From: Botryllus schlosseri
Lineage: Eukaryota
DNA: 64,000 nt
Assembly (NCBI GenBank): GCA_051294905.1
Contig: CM119372.1
Coordinates: forward strand, 7,132,001-7,196,000
Direction of reading: 5' to 3'
Part shown: one piece after another, positions 24,603 through 36,174 of the stretch
Position numbering within the stretch: position 1 is the first letter of the stretch
How the letters are laid out: every line of letters begins with the position of its first letter
Made by a program: the position numbers and the translations under genes
The notes under the pieces: generated by a model
The model's input: the letters and a program-made list of their open reading frames with translations, nothing else
Database searches by the model: none
Told to the model about the DNA's origin: nothing

Positions 24603-26733
24603 CAGTGGTTCTTAACCTTTTTTCCTCCAGCGCCCCCTTTCAAAGATTATCGGGCTCCAGCGCCCCCCCACCTCATATTGTAAGGAATGTACCAAAGACA
24701 ATGAGTAAGAGGGAGGGCCGTAACAGAACTTCGTCAACTCCCCTAAAAACGATTGCCTTGCGCACCCATAGCGTGATAAACCAAACTTCTGAGGGCTTCG
24801 CCCCAAGAACCCCGTAGCGTGATTTCGATGGTCAGCAAAGTTTGTGTGGCCTAGGCCTGGTCGCTTTAGGTGCCAAAATATTCTATATTCCATAAATGAA
24901 TAGGTGGTAATCACATATATATGTCGCTATAAACTTTTTATCCTCTCAGCCCACGTAATCAGATTTACCAGTAGCGCTGAGCTGTTGTATTGGAAAATAA
25001 ACGGCACGTAATTAATAATAAACATATTCGGGCGTGCCCGTAGGTACAATTAATTCGTTGCCAGGGCCGTAACAGCACTTCGTCAGCCCCCCAAAAAACG
25101 TTGGTCTTGAGTCCCCCGGAGAGAGATAAACCAAACTTCCGGGGGGCTCTGCCCTCAGAGCCCCCTTCGGCTATCCGCTATTTATTGATACTGGTCATCT
25201 ACATTGGGTGTGCATTTACTGAGCCAGCTATTCTCGCCTAGACGCGCGAGGCGCGAAAAGTTTCAATAATTATTGATTGAATTGGTCAATATGATCGGGA
25301 AGTGCATATATATTAATATCAATTTTTATCCTTTCTCTGCTCACGTAAACAGATTTACCGGTAGAGCTGAGTGAGGTGCAATGTTCCCTCTAAGCTGCGC
25401 ACGTGCGCAGTGCTGACACGGTCTCTGCGCACAAAAAATATACGTTGCGCACAACAAATCCGAAGTTATGACCTTATTTTAGTCGTTACGCACTGTTGTC
25501 CAAAGGTCTGCGCAGTGAGTTTGTGACTGTGCGCAGACTCGTCAAAACGTAGAGGGAACATTGTGAGGTGTCTTGGAAACTGTAGGGCCCGGAAGTAATA
25601 ATTAAACATAGCCGGGCGGGCGGACCCGTTGATATGACTTCGTAGCATGATGTTATTTCGTGACCTCCTGTCTGCTATATCAAAAAATATAGAATCGCCC
25701 AACAGGGATATCGCCCAACGGGGATATCTAGTTCTATATATCCCTGTCGTCCAATCGTACTAAACTAAAAGACGCACACGATTTCAAATCGGTATTTCTT
25801 CACTGACATATTATTTTATTATTTTTCCCTGCCAGATGGAATTCGTCTTCTTAGGTTCAGATTGCCAAGACAGGAACATTCGTGGTCAGTCATTTAGGCG
25901 CCTATGGACAATTAAACCTATATGTCTTTTGTAGGCTATAAATAACGAAGTTTTCGGTGTTAATTCGCTCTGAATATACTCATTAAGGCCATGTCCTACT
26001 ACCCAGGGTTGTAATGACTCGAGTCATGACTCGACTCGAGTCAGACTCGAGTCACGATTTTCGGATGACTCGACTCGACTCGAGTCATTTTCTTAAAATA
26101 CGGAAATGACTCGACTCGACTCGAGTCAATCTGTGCATTGACTCGACTTGGACTCGAGTCATTGCGTATGACTCGAAGCAAGTCATTGACTCGAGATTCA
26201 GACGGCGAAGACCGACATTTCATTGTAATTTCGAAGCCAACACACTATTGGGATTTCGTTTGTTGGTACTGGTGCTTGAAAATGCGACCAGAAACTGCTA
26301 AAAGTGAGGAAAGTTGATATATTATAAATGCGAACCATTCAATATCACCAAACAGATTTTAAAAAGTGGGTTTAGGAAGACTTTAACTGGAAACTGAGCA
26401 GTCAACACAATGACTTGGACTCGGACTCGAGTCATAATACCATGACTCGGACTCGATCCTCTGTTCGCTGACTTGGACTCGGACTTGACTCGGTGGGAAC
26501 TTGACTCGAGTCAAAACTATAAAAGTGAGATTGACTTGTGACTCGGAGCCTTGTGACTTGGTTACAACCCTGCTACTACCACATCATCTACTGCGAAGCC
26601 ATTTTTCTCCAGCGCCCCCCATACCGCCCCCCTGAGCCCAGCGCCCCTCATATCGCCCCCTGAGCGTTTCCGCCCCCCATCAAAATCGCCAGCGCCCCCT
26701 GGGGGGCGCTGGAGGCAAGGTTAAGAACCACTG
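24603..26733. mobile_element. Non-autonomous hAT element in the 5' LTR
   Basis: TIR CAGTGGTTCTTAACC/GGTTAAGAACCACTG; exact 8-bp TSD GTTTAACT (24595-24602, 26734-26741); subterminal AGCGCCCCC repeats. Confidence 0.93.
26004..26572. mobile_element. hAT-type MITE rich in GACTC/GAGTC repeats, nested in 24603-26733
   Basis: TIR CAGGGTTGTAA/TTACAACCCTG; exact 8-bp TSD CTACTACC. Confidence 0.92.
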
Positions 26734-26857
26734 GTTTAACTGAACTCTGGATCGTGTCGCCTGTCTTAAAGTTATTCTGCTGTTAATATATACTGATTTC
26801 ATATTGCAGCCTCGTCGTATTGAGTTATTGTTCGAACAAGATCAAGAACATAACAAT

Positions 26858-26877
26858 TGGTGTCAGAAGTCGGATTC
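26858..26877 (+). promoter_or_regulatory. Primer-binding site complementary to the tRNA-Leu 3' end
   Basis: TGGTGTCAGAAGTCGGATTC, 2 bp after the 5' LTR end. Confidence 0.85.
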
Positions 26878-26910
26878 AAAGTTATTTCTGCGACGAATAC
26901 TGTATATATC

Positions 26911-29200
26911 ATGGAAGCAAGTATATTGAAGCTTCTGGAGAAGCAGCAGGAAATGATGGCGAAGCAACAAAAGCAGCATGAAGAAACCATGGTAAATCAA
27001 AAAGCACAGCGTAAAGAAGAGCTGAAGCAACAACAGGCACAGCTGGAGCTGCAAAATGCCCGGCACAGAGAAGATTTGGACCAACAACGCGCACAGCACA
27101 AAGAGGAGATGGCACAGCACAAAGAAGATATGGCACAGCAAAAGCTGCAGCATGAGGAAGCCATATCTCAATTAGCACAAAGGTTGAGTCCCGGTACGTC
27201 AACATCAGAAGCTACCGCTCCCAAGTTTGATTCGTTTGTAAAATCGAAGGAGAAGTGGGGCCAATATCTGCAACGATTCAACCATCACCTTGCAATTTAC
27301 GGCATTTCCAACATGGAGAAGAAAAGAGCTTGTCTACTCTCATGGGTCGGACCTGAAAAGTACTCGCTCCTACGTAATTTGTTTGGTGCCGCTGATGTCA
27401 GTGCGCAAACTTTCGACGCGTTGACTGAGAATTTGTCTACACACTTCAAAGACTCCATTCATGTGCAAGCAGCCAGGTACGAATTTTACAACTGTAAAAT
27501 GCAACCGGGACAATCGTACGCCGATTGGATCGCTACTCTACGCGGAATCTCCAAAGATTGCAACTTCATATGCTCAAGAGATGGCTGTGATCAGAGCTAC
27601 GTTGATGAGCTAATGCGCGATCTCATCATTAAAGAAACGCCGCACGCGGATGTGAGACGGCATTGTCTAACACAGGGGTGGGCAAACTACGGCCCGCGGG
27701 CCGCATGCGGCCCGCAACACCGTTCTGTGCGGCCCGCGAGAGTCAAAAGAAACTTTTTTCAAAATATTGAATAAATGCGTACTAAAAATCGACTTAATGC
27801 AGGGACTTGATTGAACTTTTTCTTTGTGTATTTCACAGTGGTTCTCAAACTGTGTGGCGCGCCCACCCACCCCTTGGTGGCGTGGAAGCATCTGAATGGG
27901 GGGCGCGAAGCTGAGCTAAAGCGAAATTTTTTTGCGCGCTCCGCGCGATTTATCTACAGTTCATATTTCGTGCTCGGTATTTAGTCTGAATTTCAGATTT
28001 CAAAATACATCATCCACAGTCGTTCCATGCCATTAAACAATCCGTTAGGTCTGCTTCAACCCTAGTTGCGTTTTGTGATGTTACAATAAGGGGGCGCGAA
28101 ATCTTTCACCATCTTAAGGGGGGGCGTGTTAAAAAATTGAGAACCACTGTTCTAAGGTAAATACTTTCTATACTCTTTTTTATGTTTAATTTCTGGCGCG
28201 ACAGCCCGATTTCAAGGCCCACGCAGTTAAAAAGGTTTCAACTGCTAACCATCACAGAAATCATAAACGAGATTGACATAATTCGGATCACGAGTGTGAT
28301 TTCAGATTGGCCACTCCAGTTTCAATTATTTCAGTGATGTGCTTATAAAAACGATTCGCGCGTGTTTTAGGTAGATTCGTTACCTGTTTGCGTAGAATTG
28401 GGGTATTAATATATTATATCTACACATAATAGAAACGTGTTTGAAGCTAACATGGTTATGATGCTGTCAGCATTGTGTGTCATGGAACTGAACCCAAAAC
28501 TGGAATTACCTAATCTATGAACTTATCGCTGCTCACAGTTTTAAATTTCAATCCAGTTCTAAGAATCGGGACAACCAACTTTCATCTCTATAGTTTTGAC
28601 AAATTGGTTATCTACCAGCATATGACATCTCGCCACTATGTTTCTGACGCGTGTACGACATCATCAAAGCAATGTTTGGTTTGTTTTAAATAAGCATATA
28701 TATTATATCTATGTCCTCACTATGTAATCAAATACCAATATTGCGTTTTGGTTTATAATCCCAGTCTTATATAGTGCGGCCCGCGAATGGATTCAAATGT
28801 TGAATGCGGCCCGCGAGCTCAAAAGTTTGCCCACCCCTGGACTCTAACACAAACCAATTCATCCCTTGACGACGTTCTCAAAGTAGCTGCAACATACGTG
28901 AGAACGCTGGAAACCGATAGGGTTATCCAGGGCGAGAGTAACGGTAAAGATACTTCCATCGTCAACAAAATGACTGGAAGCTATCAGAAGGGGAAAAAAC
29001 CTTCCAAATCCATTCAGGGCAACTTCCCGGAAAGACTGAAATCCTGCAGCCGCTGTTTCATCGATCACCAGAGAAAAGACTGTCAATATCGACATTCAGT
29101 ATGTCAGAAATGTGGTCGTAAAGGTCATATCAAACCTGTTTGCATGTCTACCAAACCTAGTATCACGCAACAGGTCACATCCGTCAATTTCTGCTCAGTG
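26911..29200 (+). pseudogene. gag: Gypsy gag (coiled-coil N-terminus, capsid, two Cys/His knuckles), interrupted by 27673-28839
   Basis: W..YL.RF...CLLSWVG motif; removing the insertion rejoins HCL|TQTNSSLDDVL in frame; CSRC...H...C and CQKCGRKGHIKPVC knuckles. Confidence 0.9.
27673..28839. mobile_element. hAT (Charlie/Buster-like) non-autonomous element in gag; contains a nested MITE at 27836-28149
   Basis: TIR CAGGGGTGGGCAAAC/GTTTGCCCACCCCTG; GCGGCCCGCG subterminal motifs; imperfect TSD GTCTAACA / (GA)CTCTAACA. Confidence 0.88.
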
Positions 29201-31009
29201 CCGCTCCTCTCCTTCGACATCGATCAACTATATCGACGCGTAGGAAACCAGCTCTGGATCAACTCCAGCATCAACGGCATTCCGTTGCCGACACAGTGGG
29301 ACACTGGTGCACCCTCCGCCATGGTGGGATTGACTGGGTACAAAACTTTGGGCTCTCCGAAACTCTCAACATACTATTGCTCTTTCGTAGCGTATGGCGA
29401 CAAGCCATAGAAAGTGAAAGGTATTTGCACTGTAACCGTGCAGGTGGGTTCGGAAGTTCTAGTTGGCTTAAAATTGGTAGTTCTGGACGAACACCGTGGG
29501 CAAAACATTTTTGGTCTCGATTGGAGCGATGCTTTCTCCATGACCGCTAAGGGAACGTCTGCTTTGGATGCAATTTGTTCGCAGATGGTCAAATCGCAAT
29601 CATGTAATACTATTGACATTTGTGATTCGAACGACAAATTGGTATCTTTTCAGTCCAAATTTCCCTCCGTTTTCTCAATTGTATTAGGACGATGCACCAA
29701 GACAAAGGTGACCATTCACTTGAAACCTATTGCCAAGCCCGTATTCAACAAGCCACGTCCTTGCCGTTTGCAAGGCAAATCGCTGTTCAAACCGAATTGG
29801 ATAGATTAGTCAATCAAGATATTCTCGAACCAATCAATTACAGTGATTGGGCAGCACCAATTGTTGCCGTCACTAAATCAAATGGTTCAGTACGCATTTG
29901 TGGTGACTTCAAAGCATTGAATCAACAAATTCAGATAGATCAACATCCCCTGCCCTCCTTGGATGAAATTCTTCAAGTTACAGGGTGGTTGTATATTCAC
30001 GAAAATTGATCTTGCCGATGCTTATTTTCAGCTAGAATTAGATGATGATGCGAAGAATTTGTGTGTCATCAACACGCAATTCGGTCTATTCCGTTATCGA
30101 CGCATGTGTTTCGGAGTCGCATCTAGTCCCGCAAATTTTCAACGTTGTATTGATGCCATGATCGCCGGCTTACCCGGTGTTGCTAGTTTTATCGATGACA
30201 TAATCGTTACTGGCATTGATGAACGCGACCATTTTCGCAACTTATCGCTACTCTTTGAGCGCCTCACCGAGTACGGTTTCACCGTCAACTTTGCGAAATG
30301 TGAATTTTTCAAAAGTAGTATCGAGTACCTTGGTCACATAATCGACAAGGACGGCAAACGACCGTCTAACAAATCCGTTGAAGCAATCAAACAGTTGCCT
30401 AAACCTCAGGATGTTCGCCAGCGACAGGCATTCCTGGGCAAAGTAAATTAGTATCGCGCGTTTATTCCTAATTTCACGAATAAAGCCACTGCCTTGTACC
30501 GTCTTCTTCAAAAAGACGCGGAATTCAATTGGAATGCGGACTGTGTCGCAGCTTTTCGCATTCTCAAAAACGACGTAATCGACGCTACGCAGTTAGCTCA
30601 TTATGATGTAAACAAGCAGCTCATTTTGTCAACTGATGCTTCTCAATTCGGAATCGGCGCTGTCCTCTCAATCGAGCACAATGGCGAAGAGAGGCCGATC
30701 ACACACGCGTCGAAAACGCTTCCGGATTCGCAAAAATCCTACTCTCAAATAGAGAAGGAAGCTCTGTCAATCATTTACGGAGTCACTAAATTTCGTCAAT
30801 TCTTGAATGGTAGAAAATTTACGCTCGTAACGGACCACAAACCACTTTTAGCTATTTTCTCGCCGGACAAGAAAATTCCCGTGATTACAGCGCAACGCTT
30901 ACAGCGATGGGCACTAACGCTCATGGCTTACTAATACGATATTCGCTATAAACCGACTAATCAGCACGGAAACGCCGACGGTTTATCTCGCCTACCAAAG
31001 GGTCAAGAC

Positions 31010-33886
31010 CAGTGATTCTCAACCGCGGCTCTCGACTGCTCTCCGTGCGGCTCTCACTAACGATGTGAAATCATTGATGCTTCTACGGAAATTCTAATTA
31101 TTCATGATCATAAATAAATCGCGCCTTCAACACAACAAATGTACGTTTATGTTCACGTTTACTGACGCGAAGGTCATTCCCTGATCACAATAGAATCCTA
31201 CGTAATACAAGTTGTACGGGTAGTGACGTAACATTACCGATAGTAATTTCGGTAGGCTTTAAATCCGAACCTTTACTGCTTTACTGAAGGCTCTGACCGT
31301 CTGACCTAAGCCTAATCAGGTGTCTGTAATGAGACGGGCGAAGTTTATTTCGCTCGAGACGGCGGCTCATATTAGAATACGGGTGACAAGAGACTCGGTC
31401 AATAAGACAATCAACGTTTGGGGTAACTGCAGGTACTTTATTTTCTTACTCTTTGCTTTGATCTTGATAGCGTTAGAAAATATCGGAGACTTTGGTTCAA
31501 TGATAATGTCAGGTTCAGATCAACCTGCAAAGAAATCTCGCACCCTTGTGCAAGAAAATCGGGCCTTTCAAAGTGAATGGGAAGAGGCGTATTTTCAAAT
31601 TGAGGAAAACGGCAAAGCGAAATGCCTTCTGTGCCCTATAATAATAAACGGTGTAAAATCTTTCAACGTTAAGAGGCATTATAAAACACATGCGGGAAAA
31701 TACGACGTCTATCAAGGTGAATCAAGGAAACGGAAGTTAGAATGTCTGAAAGCAGAGCGTAGCAAACAAGGAAAAATGTTTTTAAAAAAAAAAGAACCCG
31801 AAGAGGTAACAATAACATCATATAAGATCAGTCATCTATTGGCCAGCAATATGAAGCCATATTCTGATGGCGAAATTACGAAGCAGGCTATTGTTTTGTT
31901 TACCGAAGACAATTGTTCTCCTGCCATTCAGCAGAAAGCTAAAAAATTGCAGCTTAGCAATGATACAGTAACGCGTCGTGTCGATTGCATATCCCAAGAT
32001 CTGCATGAGCAACTTATTCACAAGTCGCAAGATTTTTCTTACTACTCGCTTGCTCTTGACAGCACTAACGACATTACCGACATAGAGCAATTAGCTGTAT
32101 TCATCCGGGGAGTCATGCCAGATTTCAAGATTTGCGAGGAGTTTCTTACTTTGCGATCTATTCATGGCACAACGAAGGGAACCGACATGTTTCGTGAATT
32201 TCATGCTACTCTTCAAGAAGCGCATTTAGACCCATCGAAATTATATTCATTGGCGACAGATGGCTGCCCAGCAATGCTCGGCAAAAATCTAGGTCTTCAA
32301 GGACTCGTCAACAAATGGCGTGCTGAACAGAATCTTGACGCTGTGACTTGGCAACACTGCATTATACACCAGGAAAGTCTTGTTGCTAAATCATTAAAGA
32401 TGTCCAATGTGACAGATATAGTAATATCGACCGTAAATTGGATTCGAGCAAACGCACTTAACCATCGAAAATTCAAGGCTTTTCTCACCGATATTGATGC
32501 TGACCATGGAGACTTGATCATGTTCACCGCTGTGCGATGGCTAAGCCGAGCTGCATGCCTCAAAAGATTTTACGCGCTACTTCCTGAGATTAAAATATTT
32601 GTCGAAGGAAAGAAAGACATCCCTCAGTTGGGAAACGAACACTGGGTTGCTGACTTGGCGTTCATGGTGGATATTACCTCACACCTGTCGTCACTAAATC
32701 GGAACTTACAAGGAAATAACAAGCTCTGTCACGCCTGGTACGGGACAGTGTCTGGTTTCATTGAGAAATTGTGTCTTTGGAGAAAGCACCTAGAGGAGGG
32801 TGTTACGACACATTTTGTAACGCTTTCAAACCACCGACAGAATGGATCATTCAAAACATATGACCAGGTTATTAGTACCTTGATTGACGGGTTTAAACGT
32901 CGAATAGAGGGAATGCATCATTCCGTACCCCTGATGAATATATTTTCAAACCCAATGGCAGTAGATGCCGCCACTGCCCCTGATATTTTTCAGATGGAAC
33001 TGCTGGACTTGCAGTCCGATATAGAATTGCGACTGTTGTTTCAAAGCAATGGACTCCTTGAATTTTGGGGTGCTGTTCCTGAAGAAAAATACCCCAACCT
33101 GATAGCTAACGCATCGAAGAATACCTGCATGTTCGGTTCAACCTATGTATGTGAAGCCCTTTTCAGCAAATTAGTGAGGATCAAAAGCAAATATCGCAAC
33201 CGATTGACTGATCGTCATCTGAAACAGCTCTTGTGCACAGCTTCCTCCACGATGAAACCTCGTTATGACAAACTTGTGAAAAATCAAATTCAATTTCAAG
33301 TTTCGCACTAAGTTGCAAAATAGATAGTGATCACCACAGATTTAGCGTCACGCCTTGTTCATCCAAACTCAATTCACATGCTCTCGGAACTCAGAAAGAT
33401 TGTGGATTAAGTCTCAATAAACATGTTGTGACGCTAAATCTGTGGTGATCACTATCTATTTACTATCTGGAAGAATGTAAATTGTAAATCATCCGCAATC
33501 GGCTTCAACGGTGAAGGGTATACCTCGGTATACCATCGGTGAAGGGACGTGGCTGGGTAACGTCGTTTCGGAAGTTGTCCGTATGGGGAGTGCCCGCTGT
33601 CACAGTGTCGTCTGGGGAAATTGTCGTATTTGTTTTGGCCGTCGCTGTTTGAGCCAATCGCGGTTTTGGCCGTCGCTGTTATGGCCGTCGCTGTTGTGGC
33701 CAGTCGGTGTTTTGGCCGTCGCTATTAAGGCCGTCGCTATTTTAGCCGTACACCATTTCGTTGATACCATTTTTGATGATATTTTTCTATTCTCAATAAA
33801 TTACGTTATTCGTGCCATCATGCGGCTCCCGACAGAGTTGAGGTTCATAAAATGGCTCCCACAGTGAAAAAGCTTGAGAACCACTG
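31010..33886 (+). mobile_element. Autonomous-looking hAT transposon (Buster/SPIN/GTF2IRD2-like), 2877 bp, inserted in Gypsy pol
   Basis: TIR CAGTGATTCTCAAC / CTTGAGAACCACTG; exact 8-bp TSD GTCAAGAC (31002-31009, 33887-33894); intact transposase ORF. Confidence 0.95.
31500..33311 (+). CDS. hAT transposase (~600 aa from ATG 31500/31506)
   Basis: zf-BED-like CLLC...KRHYKTH; SLALDST (D), TDG (D), HCIIHQ (CxxH), VRWLSR, FGSTYVCEALFS (E), KSKYRNRL. No stops. Confidence 0.93.
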   Translation: MIMSGSDQPAKKSRTLVQENRAFQSEWEEAYFQIEENGKAKCLLCPIIINGVKSFNVKRHYKTHAGKYDVYQGESRKRKLECLKAERSKQGKMFLKKKEPEEVTITSYKISHLLASNMKPYSDGEITKQAIVLFTEDNCSPAIQQKAKKLQLSNDTVTRRVDCISQDLHEQLIHKSQDFSYYSLALDSTNDITDIEQLAVFIRGVMPDFKICEEFLTLRSIHGTTKGTDMFREFHATLQEAHLDPSKLYSLATDGCPAMLGKNLGLQGLVNKWRAEQNLDAVTWQHCIIHQESLVAKSLKMSNVTDIVISTVNWIRANALNHRKFKAFLTDIDADHGDLIMFTAVRWLSRAACLKRFYALLPEIKIFVEGKKDIPQLGNEHWVADLAFMVDITSHLSSLNRNLQGNNKLCHAWYGTVSGFIEKLCLWRKHLEEGVTTHFVTLSNHRQNGSFKTYDQVISTLIDGFKRRIEGMHHSVPLMNIFSNPMAVDAATAPDIFQMELLDLQSDIELRLLFQSNGLLEFWGAVPEEKYPNLIANASKNTCMFGSTYVCEALFSKLVRIKSKYRNRLTDRHLKQLLCTASSTMKPRYDKLVKNQIQFQVSH

Positions 33887-34264
33887 GTCAAGACCCTGAG
33901 TTTGACGAACTGGAAATTCGTGAAAACGCGGAGATCGTTCGCGCTATTTATATGGCATTCGATGGCTTACCGTTAACTCGCAATGAAATTCGCGACGCGA
34001 CGCTGAAAGACAAAACCATGGAACTAGTGAAATTATCTGTCACTCATGGTAATTGGAATGCAAAGACGCACATTGATGATTTTTCTTGGTTTTCGACTCG
34101 CAAACATTCGCTTTCTCTGCACGAAGACATAGTCATGCTCAATATTGATGGTTTTCAGCGCGTAGTAATTCCGCAGTCACTTCGCTCACGAGTCTTATCA
34201 TTGTTGCACGAAGGACATTGGGGTATCGCGAAAATGAAGCAGATGGCTCGACGTTACATCGCAT

Positions 34265-35158
34265 CAGACTTGGACAACTAGATAATTCTAGTTGTCTAAT
34301 TTCACTAAATTAGAGCGAAATGCAAGTAATCTAATTCTAATCTAATTTGTGAGATGTTCTTATGCTCTAATTCTAATTCTAATCCAATTTGTGAAATGTC
34401 CGTATTCTCTAATTCTAGTTCTAATCTAATTATTGTTTTCCTGAAAATGCCTCTTTGTCCGAGGCAGCTTGCTCTATTGCAGTGAGTTAAAAAGAATATC
34501 CCTCTTGCGCAGAGAAATCCAGTGCCAAGCCGCCATCGCCTTACTTACACCGTGCAGTCATAGTAGATATTATGACATATAATAGTCTGCTAGAGTAGCT
34601 TGTAGTCTGCGAACAACATTCTAGTTTCTAAAACTTTACGTTAGTGCATCGCCATTCTGACTAACATGGGGGATGCCCATGGTTACCATAAAAGAAGTAA
34701 TATTTTATTAAAGTATAGTAAAAATCGAGCCAAGCTTGGTGTACAGAAGTTAACCATTCTCATGGTTATGGGAATGCACTGTTGTCGTTTTTTATTAAAC
34801 AAAAATATGTGGCGCTTATCGCCTCACGGTCTTCTGCACCACGCACTATGATTTGATGTGAACTGCATTTTGCTGTATTCATTTCCCATATACAATTTCA
34901 TTCAATTTCCAAGTTTTTGCGAACTAAGTAGCTCCAATTCTAATTCTAATCTAATCTGGAAAAAGCTTAGTAGCTCTAATTCTAATTCTAATCTAATTTG
35001 AAAAAGCTGTGTAGCTCTAATTCTAATTCTAATCTAATTTGGAAAAACTGTGTAGCTCTAATTCTAATTCTAATCTAGTTTGAAAAAAACTGTGGAGCTC
35101 TAATTCTAATTCTAATCTAATTCAGAAAAGCTGAAAATTTTCTAGTTGTCCAAGTCTG
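34265..35158. mobile_element. hAT-type MITE in the integrase
   Basis: TIR CAGACTTGGACAACTAGA; exact 8-bp TSD CATCGCAT; subterminal CTAATTCTAATTCTAATCTAATT arrays. Confidence 0.93.
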
Positions 35159-36163
35159 CATCGCATGGCCTTCCATTAATCGCGACATTGAAAATCTCGT
35201 TAAGAGTTGCGACGCTTGCCGTAAGGTAATGAAAGCGCCTGATCGTCAGTATCGCGAATGGCTAAAAACTTCGGAAAACTTTGAACGAATTCACTTGGAT
35301 TTCGCAGGTCCAATTAACAATAAAATGTTTCTTGTCATCGTCGATGCGCATTCGAAATATCCTTTCGGTGAAGTAATGAATGTCGGTTCTACCGCAACCT
35401 TGTGTGTGGTCAACGCTTTGAGGGAAGTCTTCTCTATCGAAGGCTTGCCCATAACAATTGTCACGGATGGCGGGCCGCAATTCACATCGAATGAATTCGA
35501 TACGTTTTGCTCTAATTTGGCAATCAGCCATATCGTATCACCGTCTTTTCACCCTGCCTCGAACGGGGAAGCGGATCGTTTCGTCCAGACTTTAAAAGCT
35601 GGATTAATAAAAAATTGCGACGGGGGAAAAGATCTCAACTTCGCGCTCCAAACACTTCTCGCTACGTACCGATGTGCACCGCACCCGGGCATAGACTGGA
35701 AAACGCCTGCCGAGATTTTACATGGTCGATAGCCGCGTAATTTGTTAAGTTTGTGCTCGCCCTTCGATAAATCGAAACCCGTTACGCCTAGACAATCAGT
35801 CACTCATTTCGAGATTGGTTCCTCGGTATACGCTTGCAGTTACCGAAGCGGACCAAAGTGGGTTGCTGGCGTGGTGACGGAAATACTGGGGCGTGTTGTG
35901 TACATTGTAAAAACAGATCATGGGTATTGGAGAAGGCATAAGAACTAACTCCAACCACGCTTGATTTCAGCTGGCAATAATACAGCCACACAGGAAGTTG
36001 TTCAACCTCGGCAACCACAAGTTGAGCAACCATTGGTCAGGAATAGGGCACAACGTCCTGTAGCTAGTCCTGCTCGAACGTCGGGCAGACGTTATCCGCT
36101 TAGACTTAGAAAACAAACTGAGTTCTATCGGCCAACGTAAACTACCTTGTATTCTTAACTTAC

Positions 36164-36172
36164 AGGGGAGGA
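36164..36172 (+). promoter_or_regulatory. Polypurine tract
   Basis: AGGGGAGGA immediately upstream of the 3' LTR. Confidence 0.8.
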
Positions 36173-36174
36173 CT

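Larger units (their letters stand above)
17764..26855 (+). repeat. 5' LTR (~257 bp) split into 17764-17856, 24553-24602 and 26742-26855 by two insertions
   Basis: The concatenated pieces match the 3' LTR with about 5 differences. Confidence 0.93.
29200..36140 (+). pseudogene. pol: Gypsy pol (PR, RT, RNase H, integrase) with stops, frameshifts and two insertions
   Basis: PR WDTGA (~29297); RT WAAPIV, RICGDF, KIDLADAY, FGV...FIDD; RH TDASQFG, EKEAL, TDHKPL; IN LHEGHWG...WP...C..C (rejoined across 34265-35158), HLDF, VTDGGPQF, HPASNGEADR. Confidence 0.92.

Noticed and set aside
26863..27205. Hydrophobic minus-strand ORFs
   Set aside because: Antisense shadows of the Gln/Glu/Lys-rich gag coiled coil.
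31320..31499. N-terminal 60-aa extension of the hAT transposase in the ORF track
   Set aside because: Starts at GTG; in a eukaryote the first ATG (31500/31506) precedes the conserved region, and the extension may be UTR or intron.
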